This document shows, piece after piece, positions 46,356 to 56,600 of a stretch of DNA of 57,102 bases (position 1 is the first letter of the stretch; the number at the start of each line of letters is the position of its first letter). The position numbers were made by a program, and so were the translations under genes. Below the pieces are notes generated by a model that worked only from the letters and a program-made list of their open reading frames with translations, made no database searches and had not been told where the DNA came from. The DNA comes from a virus (taxonomy: Duplodnaviria; Caudoviricetes). The DNA lies in the IMG/VR virus record IMGVR_UViG_3300031774_000016, positions 1 to 57,102 of that record; one strand, written 5' to 3'.

Positions 46356-46748
46356 ATGTTAAAACTCAAAGACCTACTCGTAGAAAGAATTGATTATGAA
46401 GATACTGCCCGTATGTTGGTCAAAAAATATGGCCTTCGTTCCAAAGTAAGATTTGGTAAAGTCAAGGGACAAAACGAAGCAGATTACGATTGGATTAAAG
46501 ATGTTATAAATTTAAAACGAAAATACCCAAATGTCAAAGAATTTGTTGTATCGGTTTTACACGAGATAGACCACGCAAAGATGAGATATAAAATGGGAGC
46601 TAAAAAATACGAACACGAATACACGATGGCTGGACAGGACGCAGTAGAAAAAGGTGGTGATTTCCACGATGATAATTTCTACGAAGAACAGGCTGAAAAG
46701 TGGGCACAAAACGAATATAGAAGAAAATGGAAGCGAAAATTTAAATGA
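46356..46748 (+). CDS. Putative zinc metallopeptidase-like protein
   Basis: VLHEIDH (HExxH) and downstream NFYEEQA. Confidence 0.6.
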   Translation: MLKLKDLLVERIDYEDTARMLVKKYGLRSKVRFGKVKGQNEADYDWIKDVINLKRKYPNVKEFVVSVLHEIDHAKMRYKMGAKKYEHEYTMAGQDAVEKGGDFHDDNFYEEQAEKWAQNEYRRKWKRKFK

Positions 46749-46777
46749 TTTGAGAAATTTAGGTTATACTTATTTAT

Positions 46778-47110
46778 ATGAAAACAAGATCTGCCAAGAA
46801 TAAAGGTAAAAGGTTACAAAATAATATTCGAGATATTCTTCTCGAAAACTTCAAAGAATTAGAGCCTGATGATATTAAATCCACTACTATGGGAGAAAGT
46901 GGAGAGGATATTCAGTTATCACCTGCTGCTCGTAAATTAATTCCATATGCTATTGAATGTAAGAATCAAGAAAAATTAAACATATGGGAATCATTAAAAC
47001 AGGCAGAGTCTAATAGTGAGAAAGGTAAACCTGTTTTAATATTTAAGAGAAATCGTAGTAAAACCTACGCTGTTTTAGAAATTCAAGACTTTATAAACTT
47101 AATAAAATAA
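46778..47110 (+). CDS. Holliday-junction resolvase-like PD-(D/E)XK nuclease
   Basis: SAKNKGKRLQ...GEDI...IECKNQE...PVLIFKRNR. Confidence 0.7.
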   Translation: MKTRSAKNKGKRLQNNIRDILLENFKELEPDDIKSTTMGESGEDIQLSPAARKLIPYAIECKNQEKLNIWESLKQAESNSEKGKPVLIFKRNRSKTYAVLEIQDFINLIK

Positions 47111-47111
47111 T

Positions 47112-47978
47112 ATGAATACTGATATAGGATTTGATAAAACTTATGTCATCAGTTTAAAATCACGACAGGCTAGGCGTGATACAATAAAACAAACACTAAA
47201 TGGAATTGATTATGAGTTTGTTGATGCAATAAATGGTAAAAATCTTAAAATAAGAAAATTAATTAAGGATGGTATATTAAATACAGAGTATTATGATCCA
47301 GGTGGAACTTGTAATCGTAGTATTATAGGTTGTAGTTTATCTCATATAAAAACATGGAAAAAATTTTTAAAAAGTGGACTCGATACTTGTTTAATATTAG
47401 AAGATGATATTTTTTTGACCAAAGAAATTGTTAGGTCACAGATGGATGTGGAATATGGAAAGCCACGAAATGAATATCAAATGATACTTGATGAAATAAA
47501 TTCATTAGATACTTGGGATGTTATTTTTTTAGGAAAAAAAACCGAAGATGTAGATGGTGAGAGAATTACGGATAATTTAATTAAACCAATATTTGGAACT
47601 TCACGATATGGTGCACATGCATATATCATAAACAAAAATAGTGTGAAAAAATTACTTGATAGTTATGTACCAATAACTTATGCAGTGGATGTTTTTATGG
47701 ATGAGACATTATCTAATTTAGATATAGTTTCAGTTAAAAAGTCTTTTATTAGACAAAGGGGTGATTTGGTAGAAGATGAACTTTTACTTAATCCACAACC
47801 AAAAAACACACCAGATTCCGATACATTTTGGAATCTATTATATAAAGGAAAATTAACTACTTGTTCCGTTGATGATATAGTAGAATCAATAGAATTTTCT
47901 AATTACAAAAAGAGTTCAAATCATTTAAAAGTAGGAAACCAACCAATGGTTAGCATGAAACTTAGGACTTATGGTTAA
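47112..47978 (+). CDS. Glycosyltransferase family 25
   Basis: YVISL..RQARR, FVDAING, IGCSLSH, LILEDD, GAHAYII, AVD. Confidence 0.9.
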   Translation: MNTDIGFDKTYVISLKSRQARRDTIKQTLNGIDYEFVDAINGKNLKIRKLIKDGILNTEYYDPGGTCNRSIIGCSLSHIKTWKKFLKSGLDTCLILEDDIFLTKEIVRSQMDVEYGKPRNEYQMILDEINSLDTWDVIFLGKKTEDVDGERITDNLIKPIFGTSRYGAHAYIINKNSVKKLLDSYVPITYAVDVFMDETLSNLDIVSVKKSFIRQRGDLVEDELLLNPQPKNTPDSDTFWNLLYKGKLTTCSVDDIVESIEFSNYKKSSNHLKVGNQPMVSMKLRTYG

Positions 47979-49131
47979 TTTTGACGAAGAATACGATGTC
48001 TACGTGGCATCAGAAGTACGTGATTTTTCTATCGGTGGGGTTTCATTTTGGGTAGATAGTTGGATTAGGTATGTCGTTCCATATTTAAGAGTAAAACCAA
48101 TTCTTATTATAGAAGTAGAACCAACAGATAAGTGGATGAATTATGCATCACAATTTGTATCGGTTATAGACCGACCAGGTTCTAAACATAAATACGAATG
48201 TAGTTATCCATCAATTGGAGTAGAAAATTATTTTTCTTTACCTGATACAAAATATACAAATGAGATAATAAAAAAATCAAGGAGAGTTCACATTTTATCG
48301 TGTCCATATGGTTCGTTGTATAAGAAAAAAGTAAAAAGTGTGTTAAATAAATATGGTATTATAGACACTGCAATTATACATAGTTTGGAAACCCAATCAG
48401 TATCTACGAGTAGCAAATATTTTAACATAAGTAAAAGAAAAACTAAAAATCAAGAACGTTCATTAGAATTACAAGAAAATATAAATAATACAGCAAATGA
48501 AACTATATGGATAGGTATAAATAAAGAAAGTGATATCACACACCATATCCCAAATTTTTACAACTTTACAGAAAATTATGAAAAAGAATCATGTATGAGT
48601 AATGTTGTTGGTTATGCGGCAAGGTCGGAAGCTAGAAAGAATTTTTATTACTTACAAAAATTAGAATCTAAGGCGTTTACTGCTGATGATATTATTACTT
48701 ATTGGGAAACAAGTTTTAAAAGTAAGATAAAATTTGATAATGTTGAAGTTATACCATATTCACGAGATGGAGTACACGATTTTTTCTCAAGAACTGATTG
48801 GGGGATTTTTCATGGGGCATATGAAAACGAACCTTTTGGATATTCAATATTTCAGGCATTAGATTATAATAAAATTCCTATTATATCTAAAGATTGGTGT
48901 GTAGATTATGAGTATCCGTTTAGGTCATCTACACAAAAAGAATTTGAAGAACAAGTTGCTAAAATATCTAAGTTATCACAGAAAGAACGTGATACTTATA
49001 TAAGAGGCTTTAAAGTACATTTATCTAAATATACAAATACAAATGAATGGAGAGATAAACTATTGAGTATATACAATAAGTCAGAAAATGAGACTTGGTT
49101 ACCTGGTAGTTTACAACCAAGTAATTCATAA
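47971..49131 (+). CDS. Putative GT-B-fold glycosyltransferase
   Basis: N-terminal GGV..W, GYAAR.E.RKN, EPFGYSIFQALD..KIPI resembling the GT4 E-x7-E region. Confidence 0.6.
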   Translation: MVNFDEEYDVYVASEVRDFSIGGVSFWVDSWIRYVVPYLRVKPILIIEVEPTDKWMNYASQFVSVIDRPGSKHKYECSYPSIGVENYFSLPDTKYTNEIIKKSRRVHILSCPYGSLYKKKVKSVLNKYGIIDTAIIHSLETQSVSTSSKYFNISKRKTKNQERSLELQENINNTANETIWIGINKESDITHHIPNFYNFTENYEKESCMSNVVGYAARSEARKNFYYLQKLESKAFTADDIITYWETSFKSKIKFDNVEVIPYSRDGVHDFFSRTDWGIFHGAYENEPFGYSIFQALDYNKIPIISKDWCVDYEYPFRSSTQKEFEEQVAKISKLSQKERDTYIRGFKVHLSKYTNTNEWRDKLLSIYNKSENETWLPGSLQPSNS

Positions 49132-50081
49132 TGATAGATCAAAACAAATTAATATATCTGATTGACAGAACGATAGGTTCTAAAGGTCAGAAGCTTAAAA
49201 AACAAAATGAGTATATGTATTGGTCACCCTTTACTTCTCATCACAAACCAAAATTACAAATCAATATCATTACTCAAAAATGGCATTGTTGGATTAGTAA
49301 TCAAGGCGGTCATAAGCTATATCAGTTATTTAAGAAGGTAAATGCTACTTACGAACAGCTAACAGAGTTACGAGAAATTGTAGGAGATACTCGGCCACTA
49401 TCATCAAATAATGAGAAAGTCAAGGAAAAAGTTTGTGTATTACCAAAAGAATTTTTATCATTAGAACATAAACATTCTTCTACGGCATATAAACACTCGA
49501 TGTTATATTTGAATAGGAGAGGAATAACTCGTGAAGATATATTAAAATATGGTATTGGTTATTGTGAAGAAGGAATGTACACAAATAGAATTATTATTCC
49601 ATCATATGATGGTAATGGACAATTAAATTTCTTTGTAGGTAGAGATATATTTGAAAGTAAAATGAAATATAGAAACTCTCCCACACAAAAAGATATCATA
49701 GGATTTGATTTATTCATCAATTGGGATGAACCAATAGTACTTTGTGAAGGTCCTTTTGATGCTATTGCCATCAAAAGAAACGCCATTCCATTGTTTGGTA
49801 AAACCATATTACCAAAATTAAAATTAAAAATTATAGAGAAAAAAGTAAAAACTATATATATATCATTAGACACGGACGCAATAGGAGATGCAATGAAGAT
49901 GGTTGAAGATTTCATGAATCATAATATTGACGTCTACTTTGTTAAACTAACGGAGAAGGACCCATCGGATTTAGGATTTGAAAAAGTTACAAAACTTCTT
50001 AAAGAAACTGATAAGATGAGGTTTTCAGATTTGATGAGGATGAAATTAAATGGTAGAACAAGAAAATATATGGAAATTTAA
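49131..50081 (+). CDS. DNA primase (DnaG-like, TOPRIM)
   Basis: YLNRRGI, NRIIIP, FFVGR, KYRNS, LCEGPFDAI, LDTDA, KDPSD. Confidence 0.9.
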   Translation: MIDQNKLIYLIDRTIGSKGQKLKKQNEYMYWSPFTSHHKPKLQINIITQKWHCWISNQGGHKLYQLFKKVNATYEQLTELREIVGDTRPLSSNNEKVKEKVCVLPKEFLSLEHKHSSTAYKHSMLYLNRRGITREDILKYGIGYCEEGMYTNRIIIPSYDGNGQLNFFVGRDIFESKMKYRNSPTQKDIIGFDLFINWDEPIVLCEGPFDAIAIKRNAIPLFGKTILPKLKLKIIEKKVKTIYISLDTDAIGDAMKMVEDFMNHNIDVYFVKLTEKDPSDLGFEKVTKLLKETDKMRFSDLMRMKLNGRTRKYMEI

Positions 50082-50271
50082 TGATGAAGAATGGAAGATT
50101 CATATTAGTGATGAATCGTTGAAGGTAAAAGTGCAAGAAAAATTTAATATTGAGAAACCAGGTACTATTTATTATGGTAATGGTAATTTTCAAGAAGAAA
50201 CATCTTGGGATTTAATTATTCCTAATGCTCTCATAAACAAAGTAAACAAGTACATCAAGGATAATAGTTGA
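50050..50271 (+). CDS. Hypothetical protein
   Basis: Bridges primase and SbcCD with overlaps at both ends. Confidence 0.55.
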   Translation: MVEQENIWKFNDEEWKIHISDESLKVKVQEKFNIEKPGTIYYGNGNFQEETSWDLIIPNALINKVNKYIKDNS

Positions 50272-53200
50272 TAAAAAATGTTGTAAAAGTTCCTTTTCGA
50301 AAACTTAAACACATACATCACATATCGGATATTCAAATCCGAAATCTTAAGCGACATACAGAATACGAAGAAGTATTCAATCGTCTTTATGAAAAGGTCA
50401 AAGAAAACAAAGACAATGCTGTTGCTTATATAGGTGGTGATATAGCACACTCAAAAACAGAGATGTCACCTGAATTGGTAGACCAACTCTCAAGGTTATT
50501 TAAGAATCTATCTGATATAGTACCGACAATAATTATTGCTGGTAATCACGATTGTAATCTAAACAATCGTTCTCGGATGGATGTACTCACTCCAATAGTA
50601 CAGAATTTAAATCATCCTAATTTACACTACCTCAAAGATAGTGGTATCTATACTTGTGCCGATGTACAATTCGTAGTATGGGATTGTTGGACAGATGAAA
50701 AAGATTTTATCACTGCCGACCAAGTTGAAGGTGATACTAAGATTGTATTGTTTCATGGAACGGTAGATAAATGTGAAACTGATTTAGGATTCAATTTACC
50801 TTCTGATGTCAAGATTCATAAGTTTGATGGATATGATATGGGATTACTTGGTGATATTCATAAACGTCAACATCTTAACAAAGAGGGAACTATATCTTAT
50901 TGTGGTTCATTGGTTCAACAGAATCATGGTGAAGGATTAGATCACGGATACTTGTTATGGGATGTTCCAAAGAGAAAATCTACATATATTCAAGTACCAA
51001 ACGATTATGGTTATTACACAATAGACATCAAAGATGGTAAGTTTCCTGATTGTCCTGATATGCCCAAAAAGGCCAGGTTAAGAGTAAGGGTATCTGATAC
51101 CGACTCTGTACAATTAAAGAAGGCCTTGAGTGTAATACAGACCAAATATGGTATAAAGGAGATAGCTGTTAATCGTACAGATAGATTGACAGAAAGAGTT
51201 CGTGATGGACAAATTGTTGATGTTGGAGATGTTCAGAATCCAGAATATCAATATGAGTTAATTGAGGATTACATTGGTAGAAATCATATTGTAGATGAAA
51301 AAACATTATTAAAAATTAAAGAAATAAATGATGATTTAAATAGAAACTTACCAGCGGAAGAAATATCTCGTAATGTGTTTTGGAAGATAAAGAAATTTGA
51401 ATGGTCGAATATGTTTAGTTATGGAGAAGATAATGTAGTGGACTTCACAAAACTAAATGGTATCATTGGAATGTTTGCACCAAACGCAAGTGGTAAATCA
51501 GCATTATTAGATTCACTTTCATTCTGTTTGTTTGATACATCGGCAAGAGCATTTAAGGCCGATAGGGTTATCAATAATAAAAAAGGTAGTTTTAGTTGTA
51601 AGGTAAATTTTGAAATAAACGAAACAGATTATTTTATTGAAAGAAAAGGTAAACGATTAAGTAATGGACACGTCAAAGTTAATGTAGAGTTTTGGATGTT
51701 AGATGATGCAGGTGATATTGTTTCTTTAAATGGTGATCAACGAAGAACTACAAACTACGCTATAAAAAAGGTTATTGGTTCTTATGAAGATTTTGTTTTA
51801 ACTGCACTTTCTCTACAAAACAATTCTACGGTATTCATAGACAAGACTCAAAAGGAAAGAAAAGATTTATTGGCTCAGTTTATGGGTATGGGAATCTTTG
51901 ATAGACTTTATACAAGTGCTAATGATAATATATCTGATATAACTGCTTTATTGAGAGACTTTAACAAGACAGATTATGATGTTGATTTAGCTGATATTGA
52001 TAAAAGTGATACTCAATATAAGGAAGTACAAGTAGATTTAAGAAGTCAAAAGAAAAGTCTTACCGATAGGAAGAAAGAATTGACAACTCAGACATTTAAA
52101 TTAACCAAGAAGTTAAGGCCTGTTGATGAATCAGTTACTAATATCAAGAAGTTAGAAAATGATAGGTTAGAATCTGAAAATTCTCTTGATTCAATAGATA
52201 CAAGATTAGGTTCACTCGAATCCACAAAGGAAGAAAATAAAACTAAACTTACAGAATTTAAAAATAGAATACAAACTTATACCGAATCAAATATAAATCA
52301 ACTATACACCGACCTTTCTGAATTAGAAGTTCAACAAACGGAAAGTCAAATTGAGATTGATAAGTTAAAAATAGAAGTTCGTTCTAAATTAGATAAAATT
52401 GATAAGTTAGGTAATTTAGAATGGGATGAGGATTGTGATTTTTGTATGAGTAATCCATTTACATTAGATGCCATAGATACAAAAGAAAAACTAAACGAAG
52501 ATAAAGTATTGGCTGGTCAATTTGTTAGTTCGTTAGATTCAATTGTAAATAAGATTGATGAACTTGGTAATGTAAAAAATGATAAATTAGATTATGACAA
52601 CACCATAGAAAAATTGAAGAATGTTGAAATTAATCAAAACAAATTAGAATCAGAAGAAGTGTTATTAACCGAGAGAAAAAAACATACCCTTTCTCAGATA
52701 GCAATTCAAGAAGATAAGATTGAAAAGTATCATGAGAGTAAGAATGACATCGTTTACAATAAACAAATAGAAGAAGAAATAGAAAGTCTTAAAAATTCTA
52801 TTGATGATTTAGATTATCAAGTCGATACAATAGATAAGAAGATACAAACTATTCATGGTGAGATACAGATTAACGCTACCAAAAAGAAAACTATTATGGA
52901 AACAATGAAACGTGTTCAAGATTTAGAAACAGAACACGAAGCTTACAAGTATTATCTTGACTCTATTAAACGAGATGGTATTCCCTACGAGTTAATAGAA
53001 AAGGCCTTACCTACAATTGAGGGTGAGGTTAATGATATATTGGCTCAAATGGTAGACTTTGGTATTGTGTTAGAAATGGATGGTAAGAATATCAATACAT
53101 ATCTAGCCTATGATGATGACAACGTGTGGCCTTTAGAATTATCAAGTGGTATGGAACGATTCATATCAAGTCTTGCAATGAGAGTTGGTTTGATTAATGT

Positions 53201-53417
53201 TTGTAATTTACCACGGGCTAACTTTTTAGCCATTGATGAAGGTTTTGGAAACATGGATTCTGATAATCTTAACTCTATTTATATGCTGTTTCAATATTTA
53301 AAATCTCAATTCCAATTTGCATTTGTAGTATCTCATATAGAATCTATGAGAGATACCGTGGATTCACTTCTTGAAATATCAAAAATTGATGGATTTAGTA
53401 ATGTGGACTTTAATTAG
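50268..53417 (+). CDS. Fused SbcD/Mre11 nuclease - SbcC/Rad50 ATPase (gp47-gp46-like)
   Basis: Phosphoesterase motifs SDIQ, GGDIAH, GNHD, FHG, GDIH; Walker A PNASGKS; hook CDFC; signature SSGME; Walker B IDEGFG; H-loop VSH. Confidence 0.92.
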   Translation: MIKNVVKVPFRKLKHIHHISDIQIRNLKRHTEYEEVFNRLYEKVKENKDNAVAYIGGDIAHSKTEMSPELVDQLSRLFKNLSDIVPTIIIAGNHDCNLNNRSRMDVLTPIVQNLNHPNLHYLKDSGIYTCADVQFVVWDCWTDEKDFITADQVEGDTKIVLFHGTVDKCETDLGFNLPSDVKIHKFDGYDMGLLGDIHKRQHLNKEGTISYCGSLVQQNHGEGLDHGYLLWDVPKRKSTYIQVPNDYGYYTIDIKDGKFPDCPDMPKKARLRVRVSDTDSVQLKKALSVIQTKYGIKEIAVNRTDRLTERVRDGQIVDVGDVQNPEYQYELIEDYIGRNHIVDEKTLLKIKEINDDLNRNLPAEEISRNVFWKIKKFEWSNMFSYGEDNVVDFTKLNGIIGMFAPNASGKSALLDSLSFCLFDTSARAFKADRVINNKKGSFSCKVNFEINETDYFIERKGKRLSNGHVKVNVEFWMLDDAGDIVSLNGDQRRTTNYAIKKVIGSYEDFVLTALSLQNNSTVFIDKTQKERKDLLAQFMGMGIFDRLYTSANDNISDITALLRDFNKTDYDVDLADIDKSDTQYKEVQVDLRSQKKSLTDRKKELTTQTFKLTKKLRPVDESVTNIKKLENDRLESENSLDSIDTRLGSLESTKEENKTKLTEFKNRIQTYTESNINQLYTDLSELEVQQTESQIEIDKLKIEVRSKLDKIDKLGNLEWDEDCDFCMSNPFTLDAIDTKEKLNEDKVLAGQFVSSLDSIVNKIDELGNVKNDKLDYDNTIEKLKNVEINQNKLESEEVLLTERKKHTLSQIAIQEDKIEKYHESKNDIVYNKQIEEEIESLKNSIDDLDYQVDTIDKKIQTIHGEIQINATKKKTIMETMKRVQDLETEHEAYKYYLDSIKRDGIPYELIEKALPTIEGEVNDILAQMVDFGIVLEMDGKNINTYLAYDDDNVWPLELSSGMERFISSLAMRVGLINVCNLPRANFLAIDEGFGNMDSDNLNSIYMLFQYLKSQFQFAFVVSHIESMRDTVDSLLEISKIDGFSNVDFN

Positions 53418-53583
53418 AATATAAAACATTTTTTGGGGCGGGACGACCTTCTCGTTCTCGTTTTAAATTTAAAATATATTGATTGATAAGGGCGGACATA
53501 GTAGTATGTTCGTCCTTTGAGTGCAATCGAAACCAACCGATTAAATCTTTATCTATCGTAAAAGATACTTTTTCTTTTTTCAT
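53410..53583 (-). CDS. Ribbon-helix-helix DNA-binding protein
   Basis: MKKEKVSFTIDKDLIGWF...TMSALINQYI; GGAG SD supports the start at 53583. Confidence 0.7.
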   Translation of the reverse strand: MKKEKVSFTIDKDLIGWFRLHSKDEHTTMSALINQYILNLKREREGRPAPKNVLYSN

Positions 53584-53673
53584 ACTGATATTCTCCATAT
53601 TTTATACCGACAATAAATATTAAGAATTTTTGCATTTGATATTTATAAATGAATAAATCTATTCGGAGAACAA

Positions 53674-56600
53674 ATGGCAATACTTAGAAGATATAACAAA
53701 TATCAAGGATTAAAGGATATCGATGTCCTTATTGAAGATGATGCGCCAATCTCACAATATTTTAATGTTGCAGAAGTTCCAGATATTATCTCACAAGGTC
53801 GTAGTTCATTTTTAGTTGGTGGTTCATCATTATTAAAAAATGGTGTAGAGTTAAAATTTGAATTAATAAATGATGCTACTGGTAAAACTATTTATTTAGA
53901 ACCAGTTTCAAATTATCTTGAAGGTGATGCCCGTAGAATATCAGTTGAAATATATGATGACGCCGAAACCTTTGGTGATGCCACTTTATATTGTCTTGGT
54001 GAATTAAACCCAAATGAAGTAGATGTACCAGCCGAATGGAGAGATATTTATAATGTTCGTTGGTATCGAAAAATTTATATTAGTGGTGCGGGTACAAATT
54101 CAGAACCAATATATTTTTATAATCAACCATCCATGTGGGTTGGAGAAATAGTAAAAGGTTTTGTAGAAACATCGTTTCCGACTGGTTCAGTACAGCAAAC
54201 TGGAGAAGTTAGTGGAGAACCATTACCAGGAACAGAAGGTACAAATCCATCAACTGAAGAAGTAAGTAGTATAAAGGTTTTACAAAAGGGATTTAAATCT
54301 AAAGTATTTGGTGGTGGTGGAAAAAATGCTGGTGTTAGTCGTAGAGGTAGAAAGGCAAGACGAGCCTCTCCTGAAGTTGATAAATTTAGTTTCTCCATTG
54401 AAGATGAAACATCAAAGTCTGATGTAAGACACGTTGGTGCAACATTTAAAGTAAACAATCCCCAACCTGCAGAGTCATTTGAATTAGAATCATATCATGA
54501 AGTTCCAACTATATATGAAACGGATATTGTAGATGTAAAAACTGATAAACAATTAGTTCCTGCAAAAGAATTTGTTATAACGGATACAAGATTTCCTGAA
54601 GATGATGAAAGACGAAAGGTAATAGTTCCTTTAGCAAAGTCGCCATATACGATGTCGTTTCAACCAGCACCTACTCATTCAGTAAGTACGGTTAATTTCC
54701 GTTCTTTTGCAGATGTAAGAATATCTAAAATGAGAACATTTAGTGGTGATGTTCATAGAGTAAAATTATATGCAAAAAACAAAGATGCGTTTGGTGATTT
54801 TGAATTAATAGCAGACACTCCAATAGAAAGTCCTGAAATATTATTTGATGTATTTAGTTCGGCTGGTTCAAAAAGAATTGGTTATTTTAATGACCAAAGT
54901 ACACTTGATGATTATTGGAGTAGTGCATCAAATACTACTGCATCTTTAAATTCTACATATGTTCTTGATTCTGTTCATATATCTGGTTCAAATAGTCAAC
55001 CTAATGAATTATTAAAATTTCAAATTACAGGATCAAGACCGATAGAATTTTATAAAGGTATTGATTATTCAATTAGGGCAAGAATAATTGGAGAGGCAGG
55101 TCCTAAATCTTTTACCGATGGAGAAGCATTAACTTCATTTGGTGAACTTGGTATTTTCTTATCGGGTTCATCTTTTGAAACTAATCACAATTTTGGTAAT
55201 GAATATGGATTTCAATTAACACCACCCGGAGAAAGCACTCCTGGTTCATTAACCATTGAATCAGTAGATGGTCCTGGTTTAAAAGATTTTGGAATAGTAG
55301 AGGAAGTTTTTACACCACTTCGTAATGGTGAAGATAATGTTTTACAATTTGGTATTCCAGCTGGTAATTTTTATATATCTGATATTTCTATAACACCAGT
55401 AGCAGATACAGGATTTTCACCTGATTGGATTAAAATAGTAGCTCCTGTTCCACCATTTTCACAAGAAAGGCCTGATGATTATGAATTTATGGCAGAGTTT
55501 TATGATGTAAATAATAATGTAGCCGATACCGTAACTCATGTTAGTGCATCTACTTTTGTGGGGGCAAATAATTACATAGTTGGTTCTGATAATGTATTAA
55601 GTGGTTCTATGTTTATTGGAAGTGCAATTGGTAGTGGTATAGAAATGGCTGGAGTTAGTTCAGGATTTATTCGTAGTATAGGATACAAAGGATTTACAAG
55701 TGCGTCCGCATACCCAACTCAAGGTCCTGGATTCTTAATGTATAGTGGTTCTGTATTAACTGATGTAACAGATGATTATAGTAATGGTGGAATTGGATTA
55801 GAATTAGTAGGTCATAGTGGTAGTTATCTTAGATTTCGAACTAATCCAAGTGAACTTGATATAAGAACCGATGCATTCTTTATAGGACAAGAACCACTTC
55901 AATATATTAGTGGTTCGGAAGGTAATATAGAAATTAGTTCTTCATTATTTCATCTCGATCCTAAAAATGAACGATTAGTAATTGGTGCAGATGCTACAAT
56001 TAATGCTGATTTAACAGTAAATAATATACGAACACCTGCACAAATAGGTGGAGCTCCATCTACATTTGCAAATGCATCTGCTTCTATAACTTCACAAGGT
56101 AATGTGGTATTTAGGTCGGGTTCTATTGCAAATTGGAAAATATTTGGTAGTAAACTATCAGGTTCAAACGCCACATTAGATGCCGATGGGGCAGCATTAT
56201 ATATGTCTGATAAAGGACCTAATACTGATAATTCCGCGACATTTGATATTCAAAGGGATGAGTATTATATTGACTTTACACCTGCAGACCAAGGTAACGA
56301 CAGAAATTATTATGTTAAGTTTGGTCCTAATTTTGCAGTAGATAGTGATGGAGTTTTAATTGCTAGTGGGGCAGTATTTGAAGGGCAAATAACTGCTTCT
56401 ACTGGATTAATTGGTGGAGCAAGTATAGAAAGTGCATCTTTAGCCTATTCACCATTTTGGAGAATATCCTCATCAGCAGACCAAACTGATCCTACATCGT
56501 TTATTTCATCAAGTGAATTTAAAGTATCGGCTGGTGGATTAGTTACGGGTTCTGCCATCTTATTAGGTGATAAAGGTGGTGGAAATTATTTACAATTCAT

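Larger units (their letters stand above)
3105..53647. promoter_or_regulatory. Dispersed putative late-promoter motif ATA(T/C)TTAT
   Basis: Occurs in short intergenic gaps before starts at 3105, 4375, 17297, 25815, 28353, 38771, 41726, 42528, 46344, 46766 and 53639, and on the minus strand at 53613-53620. Confidence 0.6.

Noticed and set aside
707-56174. Numerous minus-strand and alternate-frame ORFs of 60-160 aa (e.g. 4351..4845, 15483..15824, 22102..22422, 44465..44878, 54123..54458)
   Set aside because: They overlap well-supported + strand genes, lack SDs and have shadow-ORF composition; only 25443..25664 and 53410..53583 are credible on the minus strand.
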